Positions 17,748 to 26,542 of a DNA stretch of 64,000 nt are shown in pieces. Position 1 is the stretch's first letter. Each line of letters opens with the position of its first letter. Under the pieces are notes generated by a model. It searched no databases. It was not told where the DNA came from and saw nothing but the letters and a program-made list of their open reading frames with translations. Source of the DNA: Candidatus Latescibacterota bacterium (lineage in GTDB: Bacteria > Latescibacterota > UBA2968 > UBA8231); assembly GCA_965243025.1 (NCBI GenBank), contig CBDETY010000003.1:4832001-4896000 (forward strand), given 5' to 3'. Position numbers and translations under genes: made by a program.

Positions 17748-18305
17748 TCATGGATCTATCAGAACGATTTCGACCTGGGTGAGCATGTCGGAGACCTCGT
17801 CGAACAGGGCGACGAACATCGAGCCTCCGAGCATCGCGAGGTCTACGGAACTACCGGATCGGGAGTCCCCGTCCTCATCGTCCCCGGCGGACAGGCAGCG
17901 CGACGCGAAGGCCATGCCGACCTGCTCCGTCAATCCCGCGGCGCCGATGTGGGAGGTGTTGATGACTTCGGTGTAGAAGTTGAGGCGCTCTTCCAGGCCC
18001 TCGATCGTGCCGTGGCCCGTTCCCTCCGCCACCATCTCCCAGTGCCGGTAGTACTGCTCTGCTATCGCCCAGCGCGCCGGACCGTCCCCCAGCGACATGT
18101 TGAGGGCGAAATCGACGGCGAAGGCGCGCAGAAACAGCAGCTCGGACTGCATCCGCCCCAGGGGGGTGCCGAGGTACTCGGCCAGCTCCTCGAGGGCCGG
18201 CTGCTCGGAGGCCCCCGAAACGCACACTGTCTCCATCAGGAGGGCGCCGATCTCGATCGGCGTCGCGTTCTTTTTCCGGGGTGCTTTGCGGGTCTTTGCG
18301 ATCAC
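17748..18305 (-). CDS. Hypothetical protein
   Basis: Protein-like composition; sits in series upstream of cfa, with AGGAG in the gap before cfa. Confidence 0.65.
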   Translation of the reverse strand: MIAKTRKAPRKKNATPIEIGALLMETVCVSGASEQPALEELAEYLGTPLGRMQSELLFLRAFAVDFALNMSLGDGPARWAIAEQYYRHWEMVAEGTGHGTIEGLEERLNFYTEVINTSHIGAAGLTEQVGMAFASRCLSAGDDEDGDSRSGSSVDLAMLGGSMFVALFDEVSDMLTQVEIVLIDP

Positions 18306-18396
18306 GGTGAAAGGGCCTGCCTGGGGTCGGCGCGAACAGATTCAAGAAGCGGAATTTACCTGTCCCGGGCAACGGCTGGAGCCCGCGTTCCCACGC

Positions 18397-19356
18397 TCAT
18401 TTTGCCGCCCCCTCGATCTTCAGGGCAGCCTTGATTCGACCCCAGGTGGCCTGCCCGACAGCCGTGCCTCCAGCGGGGTCGGCAGGCAGCAGGATACCGT
18501 CCAGAAATGAATCCGCTCGACTGGTAAGCATATCCAGGGTCAGAGAGTCGAACTCGTTACCTGGCTCTATTCCTCTCGGCACCCAGATCTCCGGTTCGGA
18601 ATGGTCCTGGTCGACTGCCGCTACCGCAAACCCGACGGTCTGTCCCGCAGCCAGATCGCTTACCACGTTGTCTACCCCGTTTTCCAGGAAATCGGAGTCC
18701 CACCGGTCAAATGGGGTCACGTACAACTCGATCACACTGATCGTGGGTGCTTCTCCGGCTACGCCTCCGCCACTGTCTCCATAAGGCGGAAGCACGGTCC
18801 AGGGAAATTCCTCTATCGTATTTCGGGTGCGCGGGTCATCCAAGGTGGGCCCGCTGACTGTACTGGCAATGGCCTCGTAATGCTGGGCGTTCCCTCGATG
18901 GTTCAACCAATCATCCGGCGTGCCTGCAAAACCCGCACCCCCACTGTGGTCTCCATCGATCGTCAGCATCATCATGTCATTTTCGAACATGAGATCCTGG
19001 AATCCATCCCCACTGAAGTCGTGAGTGTTGATGTACACGTCGTCGCTGGCCACGAACGCCACGTAGAAGCGAGCCGGATCGTCGTGCCAGGCCAGCCAGA
19101 TGCGGAAGTCCAGGTCGGAAGGATCGAGCGGCAGGTCTCCTCTTTCCTCTTCGAAATCCAGCAGGGTCATGCCAGGCTCGCCGATCAGGTCGAACCACTC
19201 CTCTATCAGGCCGTCATCAAGCCGAATCTCCGCCAACATTTCGTCGGTGAGACAGGTAATCGGAAACACTCGCTCCCCGCTATGGGCGTTGGCTGAAACC
19301 ACTATCCAGAAAAGCACCCCGATCGCAGCGCACCATTTTTTCCGGTCAAGGCCCAT
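18397..19356 (-). CDS. Secreted CBM9-like sugar-binding protein with C-terminal TWGxIK motif
   Basis: Signal peptide (VSANA), LDDGLIEEW, WLAW...YVAF..SDD, and terminal TAVGQATWGRIKA. Confidence 0.7.
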   Translation of the reverse strand: MGLDRKKWCAAIGVLFWIVVSANAHSGERVFPITCLTDEMLAEIRLDDGLIEEWFDLIGEPGMTLLDFEEERGDLPLDPSDLDFRIWLAWHDDPARFYVAFVASDDVYINTHDFSGDGFQDLMFENDMMMLTIDGDHSGGAGFAGTPDDWLNHRGNAQHYEAIASTVSGPTLDDPRTRNTIEEFPWTVLPPYGDSGGGVAGEAPTISVIELYVTPFDRWDSDFLENGVDNVVSDLAAGQTVGFAVAAVDQDHSEPEIWVPRGIEPGNEFDSLTLDMLTSRADSFLDGILLPADPAGGTAVGQATWGRIKAALKIEGAAK

Positions 19357-19534
19357 GAAATTCCGTCACTTCAAGCCACGGAGGGGGCAACAGACAGGAC
19401 ACTTGAGAGCAAACCCCGAGTGTGCGACCGACCCCGGCCCCAATGGCGAGACCATCCGCGTTGCCTTCCCCTGGCAGGTCCGCGCAACTGGTTTCTCCAA
19501 GAAAACCGATGCTGACGTGGAAAGCGGATCAGCC

Positions 19535-19948
19535 CTACTCCGAAGTGTCCGGCGGCACCTCGATTTCCAGCTCCTCGTCGAGGTCGGGAACACCGATGCG
19601 CTCCCCCATGCGCTCCAGCCAGCTGTTCTCCAGCCGCTGGAGGTACCTGGTCGCGGCCGTCAGCTCCTGGCCCTTCTGGGTGATCATGCGCTCGTACAGA
19701 GTCTCGCCGATCACCCCCTCACGGCGCGCTTCTTTCAGCTCCTCCGCTTCCTCTTTCAGCTGATACAGGAGCGTGACGTGCTGCATCACCTCCTGTTCGA
19801 GGCGATTCAGGGTGGCGTCGACATCGATACCGGAGGCGATCTTCCTCGCTTTCTGAAGGCTGTAATCGTGCTCGAAACGCAGGTGCCCGTTCAGTCCCCG
19901 CAGGGAGACCCTTTTTCCACATTCAGGACATATTACCTGGATTTCCAC
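19535..19948 (-). CDS. C2H2-type zinc-finger / coiled-coil hypothetical protein
   Basis: CPECGKRVSLRGLNGHLRFEH followed by an E/K/L-rich helix. Probable GTG start at 19948. Confidence 0.65.
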   Translation of the reverse strand: MEIQVICPECGKRVSLRGLNGHLRFEHDYSLQKARKIASGIDVDATLNRLEQEVMQHVTLLYQLKEEAEELKEARREGVIGETLYERMITQKGQELTAATRYLQRLENSWLERMGERIGVPDLDEELEIEVPPDTSE

Positions 19949-20189
19949 GGTTTGTCCGCTTCCCTTCGGTTGGCCGCGAGAGCCCCCGGGGGGTTGCCCG
20001 AATGAGTGCCGTGCCCCGCGCCGGAATGCCTTCGTGAATATACGGTACAGGGGCGCGCCGGTACGGGGACGGGTAGCCGCATCCCCTTCCAGCGCTTGTG
20101 CTTCCGATCCCCGACGCCTTGACCACCGCGAGCCTCGCCGGTAGGTTGGTGCCTCGCTTTCGAAAAACTCCACCTCGCCCTTCAGACCT

Positions 20190-21191
20190 GTGCAGCCCCT
20201 CAAAAAACCTTACCTGCTGTTCCTCGGAGACGCGGCCGACCAGCTGGCAGCCAAGACCGCCGGCGGCATAGCCTACTGGCGGCCCGACTGGTGCGTCGGC
20301 CAGCTGCGGCTCGACGGCTGCCGCGCCGACCTCGGCCTGCAGGATCTCACCCTGGAAGAAGGGCGCGCCGCCGGGGCGCGCACCCTGATCGTCGGGGTCG
20401 CCAACCGCGGGGGCGTCATCTCCGACGAGTGGATGACCTCCCTTTCCGGGGCCCTCGATCTGGGGTACGCCATCGCCAGCGGGCTGCACACCAGGCTGTC
20501 GCAGATCCCCGCGCTCGCCGAAGCGGCTGCCGCCAGGGGCCTCGACCTCGTCGACGCGCGCTACCCGGAGGTCGATCTACCGATCGGGAACGGCGTCCGC
20601 CGCAGCGGAAAGCGGCTGCTCACCGTCGGAACCGACGTCTCCTGCGGCAAGATGTTCACCGCCCTGGCGATCGAGAAGGAAATGCGCGCCCGCCGAATCC
20701 CTGCCGACTTCCGGGCCACCGGACAGACGGGAATCTTCATAGCCGGAAGCGGCATCTCCGTCGACGCCGTGATCGCCGACTTCATTTCCGGAGCCGCGGA
20801 ACTGCTGAGCCCGGACGCCGCTCCCGATCACTGGGACCTCGTGGAGGGCCAGGGATCGCTGTTTCACGCCTCCTACGCCGGCGTCACCCTGGGGCTCATC
20901 CACGGCTCGCAGCCGGACCGGCTGGTGCTCTGCCACGACCCGGGCCGGGAGCACATGCGGGGGCTGCCAGGCTACCCGCTCCCCTCCCTGGCGGCCTGCG
21001 TCGACCTCAACGAACGCACCGCCCGCCTCACCAACCCCGACTGCCGGGTTGCGGGCATTTCCATCAACACGTCGAAGCTCGACGACAGCGGGGCCGAATC
21101 GCTTCTGGCCGCGATCGAAGGGGAAACCGGACTGCCGACGGTCGACGCCTGCCGCCACGGGGCCGGCCGGCTGGTCGACGCGCTTCAGTAG
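20190..21191 (+). CDS. dgcN: DUF1611 family D-glutamate N-acetyltransferase
   Basis: AKTA, SGLH, VGTDVSCGKM, ATGQTG and EGQGSL motifs; adjacent to an epimerase. Confidence 0.82.
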   Translation: MQPLKKPYLLFLGDAADQLAAKTAGGIAYWRPDWCVGQLRLDGCRADLGLQDLTLEEGRAAGARTLIVGVANRGGVISDEWMTSLSGALDLGYAIASGLHTRLSQIPALAEAAAARGLDLVDARYPEVDLPIGNGVRRSGKRLLTVGTDVSCGKMFTALAIEKEMRARRIPADFRATGQTGIFIAGSGISVDAVIADFISGAAELLSPDAAPDHWDLVEGQGSLFHASYAGVTLGLIHGSQPDRLVLCHDPGREHMRGLPGYPLPSLAACVDLNERTARLTNPDCRVAGISINTSKLDDSGAESLLAAIEGETGLPTVDACRHGAGRLVDALQ

Positions 21192-21198
21192 CGCCGGC

Positions 21199-22191
21199 GT
21201 GGCATCCCTCGAGCTGCGCGTACGCACCGAGAGCTGGCCGATCGCCGGCAGTTTCGCGATCTCCCGGGGCGCCAAGACTTCTGCCGATGTAGTGGTCGTC
21301 GAGCTGTCCGACGGACGCGGGGCCACGGGCCGCGGGGAATGCGTTCCCTACGCGCGATACGGCGAGTCCCTCGAGAGGGTTGTCGCCGCGGTCGAGGGGC
21401 TCCGAGGCGAGCTGGCCTCCGGCCGCACGGGCCGCGCCGAACTGCAGGGCTCCCTGCCCGCGGGAGCGGCGCGCAACGCCCTCGACTGCGCCTTCTGGGA
21501 CTTGGAAGCCCGCCTCCATGACCTGCGCGTGTACGAGCTCGCAGGCCTGCCGCCGCCGAAGCCGGTGGCCACCGCCTACACCCTGAGCCTCGACACCCCC
21601 GAGGCGATGGGACGGGCGGCAGCCTCCCACCGGGAGCGCCCCCTCCTGAAGGTCAAGCTCGGCGGAGAAAGCGATATCGAGCGGGTCGCCGCCATCCGCG
21701 AGAACGCCCCGGAATCCCGGCTGATCGTCGACGCCAACGAAGGGTGGTCGGCTGCCGGGCTGGAAGAATCGGGCAGCCGGCTGGCCGGGCTCGGTGTCGC
21801 CCTCATCGAGCAGCCTCTCCCGGCCGCCGACGATGCCGTCCTCGAGCGGCTCGAGCACCCGGTGCCGCTGTGTGCCGACGAGTCCTGCCACACCAGCGCC
21901 GACGTCGAGCGCCTCGCCGGCCGCTACGAGTTCGTCAACGTCAAGCTCGACAAGACCGGCGGCCTGACCGAGGCCCTGGCCGTCGTCGCGGCCGCCCGGA
22001 ACGCCTCCCTCGGTGTGCTGGTCGGATGCATGGTGGGAACTTCCCTGGCAATGGCCCCGGCGGCGCTGCTGGCCGGGGACGCCGAATTCGTGGACCTCGA
22101 CGGCCCGCTGCTGCTGCGGAGAGACCGCAACCCCGGGCTGCGCTACGAGGGCAGCCTGCTGCATCCTCCCGCCCGGGAACTCTGGGGATGA
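21199..22191 (+). CDS. dgcA: N-acetyl-D-Glu racemase / L-Ala-D/L-Glu epimerase
   Basis: FAISRG, KVKLG, DANEGW, EQP, DES, KLDKTGG and DLDGP motifs. GTG start at 21199. Confidence 0.82.
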   Translation: MASLELRVRTESWPIAGSFAISRGAKTSADVVVVELSDGRGATGRGECVPYARYGESLERVVAAVEGLRGELASGRTGRAELQGSLPAGAARNALDCAFWDLEARLHDLRVYELAGLPPPKPVATAYTLSLDTPEAMGRAAASHRERPLLKVKLGGESDIERVAAIRENAPESRLIVDANEGWSAAGLEESGSRLAGLGVALIEQPLPAADDAVLERLEHPVPLCADESCHTSADVERLAGRYEFVNVKLDKTGGLTEALAVVAAARNASLGVLVGCMVGTSLAMAPAALLAGDAEFVDLDGPLLLRRDRNPGLRYEGSLLHPPARELWG

Positions 22192-22376
22192 TCCCCCCCT
22201 CGAGAAGCCGGGATCTGAGCTGCCTCTCCCGCCCGAGCCGGGTATACAGTCACCAGGGCAAGCTGCACGCTGCTTGAGGACAGCACAGGCGCGAGTGCAG
22301 CGACGCCTCCCAAGGTGCCTGAGGGAGTTCCCGCGGGGGTTGTACTGCGAAGGAGAACGCAGCGAGATCTTCAGGG
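22189..22376. mobile_element. Degenerate MITE-like structured element (candidate)
   Basis: Begins at the dgcA stop; imperfect CCCCT...AGGGG ends. The reverse complement carries a GGCGTCGCTGCAC...GTGCAGCTTGCC core resembling the other elements. Confidence 0.35.
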
Positions 22377-22391
22377 GCCGGCGCCAAATCC

Positions 22392-23009
22392 TTACCCGCC
22401 CGCGAGGGCGAGCAGCTGCCGGAGGTGGCCGACCGCGTAGTCGGCGAACTGCGGCCACGGGAACCGCCCGGTGACGTCGAAGTGGACGGTCGTGACCTCG
22501 GCAGCCCTTCCCGCCTGCAGGTCGTACAGGTAGTCCCCGACGACGACCGCGGCGGCGGCGGTCGCCCTCCAGTGCCGCAGCAGGTGGTGCACCCCGGCCG
22601 GGTCCGGTTTCGGGGCGCAGGTTTCGCGCGCGACGATGGCGCCGTCGTTGAAATACGGCATCAGGCCTGCGGCGACCAGGGTTTCCCTGGCGGCCGGGGC
22701 GGTGTTGCGCGTCAGGATGCCGATGTTCCGCCCGCCCTCGCGCAGGTGGGCGAGAAGCTCGGCGGCCCCTTCCTGGGCGACGGCGTTGGCCGCGATTTCA
22801 AGCTCTATTTCGGCGAGCCGTTGGTTGGCCCTTTCCGCTTCCTCCGCCGGCAGGGTCGCCAGCGTCTCCAGCAAGGGCTTCCCCGCGGGCACTCCGAGCT
22901 CGCTGCGGATTGCGTCGAAGTCGTGGGCGGCCACGGTCAGGGTGCCGTCCATGTCGAAAACCCAGTGGCCGCGGCCGGCCAGGGGCGACTGGGGGGAATC
23001 CGGTTTCAT
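22392..23009 (-). CDS. HAD-family hydrolase
   Basis: FDMDGTL, LTRN, PKPDP and VGDYLYD motifs; ATG at 23009. Confidence 0.88.
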   Translation of the reverse strand: MKPDSPQSPLAGRGHWVFDMDGTLTVAAHDFDAIRSELGVPAGKPLLETLATLPAEEAERANQRLAEIELEIAANAVAQEGAAELLAHLREGGRNIGILTRNTAPAARETLVAAGLMPYFNDGAIVARETCAPKPDPAGVHHLLRHWRATAAAAVVVGDYLYDLQAGRAAEVTTVHFDVTGRFPWPQFADYAVGHLRQLLALAGG

Positions 23010-23223
23010 GAGGTGCCGTGTCGACCCCGCCCGGGGGAACGCCGGCCAACGGCACGGTCGGCGACGGCATAGCCGCGGCCGGCTCCCCGGGAAGTGCAGG
23101 AATCCTGCGTCCGGCGCGGTTGCCGGACGCGCTGCAGAAGAGTATGCCCCCTTCCGAAAGAATGGCAAACCAGGGCGCCGCCCCGTATTCTTTCGCATTC
23201 ACCATTCATTCCAGGAACTGGTC

Positions 23224-24108
23224 ATGGCAAACGAATACGCCGAGTTCGAAGTCGTCGTCGAGAAACCAGCCCGCCTGGGCGAGGGGGCTGTCTGGGACCC
23301 GCAGCGCAAGCTTCTCCTGTGGGTGAGCATCCTCGACCACGAGCTCTATCTCTACGACCCCGAAACGGGCTCCAACCGTGCCATCCCGACATGCCAGGCG
23401 GTCGGAACCGTGGTCCCCCATGCCGGCGCCGGCGTCGTGATCGCCCTCCACAACGGGATCGCCACCCTCGACCTCCAGTCGGAGAAGATCGCACCGATCG
23501 TCGATCCGGAGCGGGACATCCCCGGCAACCGCTTCAACGACGGCAAGTGCGATCCGGCGGGACGCCTGTGGGCGGGAACCATGGCCTTCGACGCCACACC
23601 GGACGCGGGAGCTCTCTACTGTCTGGATACGGACCGTACCCTGACCCGGAAGATTTCACCTGTGACGATCTCGAACGGCATCGTCTGGAACGGGGCTTGC
23701 GACACCATGTTCTACATCGACACCGCCGCCAACAACGTCCGCGCCTACGATTACGACATCGACAGCGGCGAGATCGGCAACGAGCGCGTAGTGGTCGTCA
23801 ACGAGGCTGACGGCGGATTCGACGGCATGGCGATCGACGCCGAGGACAACCTCTGGATCGCCGTGTACCAGGGATCGGGGGTGCGCTGTTACGATCCGGC
23901 GTCGGGCGCAATGATTCGCGAGCTCAGGCTGCCGGTGAGCAACGTGACCTCCTGCGCCTTCGGGGGTGAAGAGCTCGATGATCTCTACGTCACCTGCGCC
24001 CGCGAGGGCCTCGACGAGGAGGCGCTGGGCGGGCAACCCCTGGCCGGCTCTCTGTTCCGCCTGAAGCCCGGGGCAGAGGGCGTCCCTTCCTACTCCTACG
24101 CCGGCTGA
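23224..24108 (+). CDS. SMP-30/gluconolactonase family protein
   Basis: LGEGAVW, RFNDGKCD, SNGIVW and DGMAID motifs; ATG at 23224 after CAGGA. Confidence 0.9.
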   Translation: MANEYAEFEVVVEKPARLGEGAVWDPQRKLLLWVSILDHELYLYDPETGSNRAIPTCQAVGTVVPHAGAGVVIALHNGIATLDLQSEKIAPIVDPERDIPGNRFNDGKCDPAGRLWAGTMAFDATPDAGALYCLDTDRTLTRKISPVTISNGIVWNGACDTMFYIDTAANNVRAYDYDIDSGEIGNERVVVVNEADGGFDGMAIDAEDNLWIAVYQGSGVRCYDPASGAMIRELRLPVSNVTSCAFGGEELDDLYVTCAREGLDEEALGGQPLAGSLFRLKPGAEGVPSYSYAG

Positions 24109-24335
24109 GGGACCGTAAGCCACAGGCTGGCCCTTTGGAGCCGGCGGCCCCATGGAAACCGCGGCCGCCTTCCTGCGGCACACCGACGCGGCAAGCTCCT
24201 GGTTTCCGGACCATTCCACCGGTATCCCCCCCGGGAGAAGCCGGGGCTCGGCCGCCGATGCACCTGACTGGCGGCGGCCCGACGATGGCCACCCCACCGA
24301 ACCGGGAGCTTCCGCCCCTGCCTGTCCGTTGAGCC

Positions 24336-25106
24336 TCAGCTCAGCGCTTCTTCTACGGCCTCCCGGCTTCTCCTCAGGGCATCGGCCGGGTCGGGGAGTT
24401 CGGGGTTCAACTCGAGACTGACCGGACCGTCGTAGCCGACCGACGGCAGGGCTGCCAGGGTGCGGCGCAGCGTTTCCCTGGTCAGCACCCCGTCGAACAG
24501 CCCCAGGTGGGAGTCGTCGACGCCGTTGTTGTCGTCGAGGTGGACGTACCCCAGCCGCGGCCCTGCGGCTTCGATCGCCCCCGCCGGATCCTCCTCCGAC
24601 ATCTGCGCGTGCCCAAGGTCGAACAACAGGTAGAGATTGGGGTGATCGATCTCCACCAGGAGGTCGAGGGTGGCTGCCACGGTCGGGAGGGCGCGGCCGG
24701 GGAAATGCTCCACCGCCAGCCGCAGGCCGCGCTGTTGCGCGAGCCCGGCGGCCTCGCCGAGGGCCGCTGCATACCTTGCGAAGTCCCCCACCGCCTCCCC
24801 GCCGGGCACGATGTAGGCGGTGCCCGCCCGGTGCGAGGCGGCGTACTCGAAGGCGATGTCGAGCTGGCCCAGCGCCGCGCTCACGACGGCTCGGTCGGAC
24901 GACTCGAGGGACAGGTCGTCGTGAACGCCGGCGGAAGCCGCGACGCAGCGGACTTCCAGACCGGCGGAGGCCAGCTGGTTTCTTCCCCTCTCCCCGGCAA
25001 AGGCGAAGGGCCGCAGGTCCACCGATTCGAAGCCGAGGCCGGCGACCTGGCCGGCCACTCCGGAAGGGGTCCCGGACAAAGCCCAGGCACAGCAGGACAG
25101 GTTCAT
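24336..25106 (-). CDS. Sugar phosphate isomerase/epimerase (xylose isomerase-like TIM barrel)
   Basis: AVEH, FDLGH, VHLDDN, H...G and SLE metal-binding motifs. Confidence 0.82.
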   Translation of the reverse strand: MNLSCCAWALSGTPSGVAGQVAGLGFESVDLRPFAFAGERGRNQLASAGLEVRCVAASAGVHDDLSLESSDRAVVSAALGQLDIAFEYAASHRAGTAYIVPGGEAVGDFARYAAALGEAAGLAQQRGLRLAVEHFPGRALPTVAATLDLLVEIDHPNLYLLFDLGHAQMSEEDPAGAIEAAGPRLGYVHLDDNNGVDDSHLGLFDGVLTRETLRRTLAALPSVGYDGPVSLELNPELPDPADALRRSREAVEEALS

Positions 25107-25224
25107 TCTTCCGAGGTCTCCTGGCAGGGGGTGGGACGGACAACAGGCAACCGGGTCCGGAGTTCTCAAGGCCGCCCCCGAAAAAGCCGGGCGGCCCGAT
25201 TCACGTCGATACCGGCCTGCGGCC

Positions 25225-25956
25225 CTACTGAACCACCGGGTCGTGATCCTGCGCCGAGGGGGGCGCGAGCAGCCGCTGCTGCTGTGCCGTAAGCTCTCCG
25301 ACATCGCAACCGCCGTACCAGTCCCTTGCCCACGACGAGTGGCCCGGACTGTACTTGAACAGCAGAGTCCGCCGCTCCGTCGAGGAACGCCAGGGCATCG
25401 TGCCGTGAATCACCGCCTCGGTGAAAATCAGGGCATCCCCCGCTTCAACCGGCGGCTGGACCACGTACTCGACGGGGCGTTCGAAGGAACGCACCTCTTC
25501 CGGGATGTCGCCCGCATCGAAGTTGCTCTTGTGGCTGCCGGGCACGCAGGCGAAGCCGCCGGCGCCCCCGGGGGCAGGGGTCAGGAACCAGGTGACCACG
25601 GTCAGGCCGTTGGACATCCTGCCGTTGCGGTAGCGATACCAGTGGGTGTAACCGGTTCCGCCGTGGAGCCCCCCTCGTTTTTCCCCTTCATCCATGAAGA
25701 GCGCGTAGTCGTGGTCGAGGCGGACGCGGTCGCCGAGAAGCTCCACGAGACAAGGCAGGATCCTCGGGTGATCGATCAGCCGTTTCACCGGCTCGCCCCA
25801 AGGCAGAACCGACCACTCCCCCTTTTCGTTTTGCTCTCCGTAGGGGTACCTCTCGTCGGCGACGCGGTTGATCCCGGCAACCTCCTCCCGGGACAGCGCG
25901 TTCCTGATGACGAGATACCCCTCGAGGTCGAACTGGAAGCGTTCTTCGTCGTTCAT
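25225..25956 (-). CDS. PhyH-family Fe(II)/2OG oxygenase with HxG motif
   Basis: FDLEGYLVI, LHGG, VPGSHK, GDALIF..AVIHG and RRTL motifs. Confidence 0.82.
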   Translation of the reverse strand: MNDEERFQFDLEGYLVIRNALSREEVAGINRVADERYPYGEQNEKGEWSVLPWGEPVKRLIDHPRILPCLVELLGDRVRLDHDYALFMDEGEKRGGLHGGTGYTHWYRYRNGRMSNGLTVVTWFLTPAPGGAGGFACVPGSHKSNFDAGDIPEEVRSFERPVEYVVQPPVEAGDALIFTEAVIHGTMPWRSSTERRTLLFKYSPGHSSWARDWYGGCDVGELTAQQQRLLAPPSAQDHDPVVQ

Positions 25957-25999
25957 TCCATCCGCTTTTCGGTTTTCCGTCCCCTTGACCTTTCCCCGG

Positions 26000-26035
26000 G
26001 AAACCGCTCCTCGGGGTGAAACCGCTCCTCGGGGT
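26000..26035 (+). repeat. Perfect 18-bp tandem repeat (2 copies)
   Basis: GAAACCGCTCCTCGGGGT at 26000-26017 and 26018-26035; a partial third copy (CCTCGGGGT) ends at 26061. Confidence 0.85.
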
Positions 26036-26061
26036 AAGGAATGGGATTCCCGCCTCGGGGT

Positions 26062-26484
26062 CTACCGGCCGCGCCGGAATCCACCGCCGAAGTCCCGGCG
26101 CTGCGAGCGCAGCTCGACGAGACGGGCGACCTGAGCTTCCGACAGCGTCTCGTTGCGAGCCGCGTCGAGTTCCGCCCGGATACTCCCCATCAGGTCGGGT
26201 ATCCGGGCGCGATCGATCTCCTGGTTGCGGATGCGGGCGAACAGGTCGCTGCGTTGATCCCATGCCTTCTGGTACACAGGTCTCAGCTTCCCGAGAGCGA
26301 CCGGGGAGACGTCGAGCTCGAAGCTGATCAGGGCCCAGTCGCTTTCGAGCGGCATCATTGCGCCGCCCCCGGAGCGCCCAGGACCCCCTCCCCCGCTGAA
26401 TCGCTGCGCAAAGCTGGTTGCCGCGACGACGAGCAGCAGCGCCGCGAGCAGCATGGCCATCCTCTTCCACGCCATCGGATTCAT
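26062..26484 (-). CDS. Secreted helical hypothetical protein (Spy/CpxP-like)
   Basis: Signal peptide (TSFA), Gly-rich termini and a LSEAQ helix motif; AGGAGG RBS. Confidence 0.6.
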   Translation of the reverse strand: MNPMAWKRMAMLLAALLLVVAATSFAQRFSGGGGPGRSGGGAMMPLESDWALISFELDVSPVALGKLRPVYQKAWDQRSDLFARIRNQEIDRARIPDLMGSIRAELDAARNETLSEAQVARLVELRSQRRDFGGGFRRGR

Positions 26485-26542
26485 CCTCCTGATAAAGGGT
26501 TGGCTCCCTCGGAAATTGAGACAGCCGTGAGCGTGGCGGCGT

